A stretch of DNA of 63,103 bases, counting the filler, from Octopus bimaculoides (Eukaryota), in NCBI RefSeq assembly GCF_001194135.2. It is 7 parts of 6 records of this genome, joined end to end, with 100 filler letters (N's around TTAATTAATTAA, not from the genome) between each part and the next. Parts side by side here need not be neighbours in the genome. Positions count along the whole stretch, not along the records: positions 58,939 to 63,103 come from NC_069000.1; 6 more parts are not named here. One strand, written 5' to 3'. The position numbers and the translations under genes were made by a program. The notes below the pieces were generated by a model. That model searched no databases. It was not told where the DNA came from and saw only the letters and a list, made by a program, of their open reading frames with translations. Positions 62,264-63,103 of this stretch are shown here, one piece after another (within the stretch, counting starts at the first letter, position 1; each line of letters begins with the position of its first letter).

Positions 62264-62777
62264 CACAAATATATTTTTCTGTGCGTATTTATGTATATAT
62301 ACTTATATGTATGTACTAAGAGAGAAGACGAGAGAGAGAAAGAAAAGAGAGAAGGGAAAAAAAGAGTTCTAAAAGACCGATTTTTAAATGGTCGCCACGG
62401 TGTCTAAGTGAGGTTGCTCAAAGTGACTTAAGATAGAAATCAAACTGACCGATGACACGAACAGATTCATCTATCAAACTGTTAACATAGCAGTTTCTCT
62501 TTTCTTTGGGGTGGTCTCAATGTGTAGGAAATATTAGAGAGGAGAAGGCAGAGATGAAGTAGGAGAGGGAGAGGCAAGGAGGCAAGAAAGCGACAAGAAA
62601 TAGTATAAGACGAATATAATGAAAGAGATTAAGAACATCAACACTAACAACAACAGCAATAACATAAACGTCAACAACAACAACAACAACGACATGAAAA
62701 TCAAGAAGATATAGAATAGAAAAACTTATATGAATTCGCTACGAGGTTGTTGTTTAGTCTCTTCTGTTAAGAACTGG

Positions 62778-62808
<31 letters not shown>

Positions 62809-63012
62809 TGTATGTATGTATGTATGTATGTGTGTGTATGTATGTATGTATATATGTATGTATGTATGTGTGTGTATGTGTAAGTATGTATGTATATTTG
62901 TATGTATGTTTGTTTGTTTTGTATGTAGGGGAGGACTCTCAGCTTGCAGAACATGAAGATGAAAAATGTTAAGCTTGTCCAATTAGCAAATTCAAAAATT
63001 TACACACATACA

Positions 63013-63043
<31 letters not shown>

Positions 63044-63063
63044 GTATATATGTTAGTTTGTAC

Positions 63064-63103
<40 letters not shown>
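61750..63103. repeat. Dense (TA)n/(CA)n/(GA)n/(TATG)n microsatellite field, representative of many across the window
   Basis: Direct inspection; explains most short ORFs in the supplied track. Confidence 0.9.

Overview
AT-rich, microsatellite- and repeat-dense eukaryotic scaffold segment with many N gaps. The repeat families, the KRAB-less TGEKP zinc-finger array and the TTAATTAATTAA gap spacers suggest an octopus (probably O. bimaculoides) draft assembly; this is inference. Two convergent C2H2 zinc-finger genes are well supported, each with a single coding exon. ZNF-A (+, 15466-18198) has 12 mostly paired fingers with non-TGEKP linkers. ZNF-B (-, 35366-33024) has 27 tandem TGEKP fingers plus two relic fingers behind a stop codon and a hAT MITE. 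Candidate promoters/first exons lie at about 8.7-8.95 kb and 37.9-40 kb, and a possible exon of a third, minus-strand gene lies at 3821-4022. The rest is mostly SINEs, RTE/CR1/other LINE fragments, mariner/maT/Tigger relics and MITEs. Main unexpected signals: (i) seven minimal type-I hammerhead-ribozyme motifs of Penelope/retrozyme style with palindromic stem III, including a three-copy family with an A6U core variant plus an extra A, and one motif followed by a dense hairpin cluster; (ii) a readable duplication, chimerism and truncation history of the ZNF-B finger array; (iii) CpG decay in SINE copies that appears to map methylated gene bodies. All analysis was by eye; no searches or folding programs were run, and TE boundaries are approximate unless TIR/TSD coordinates are given.
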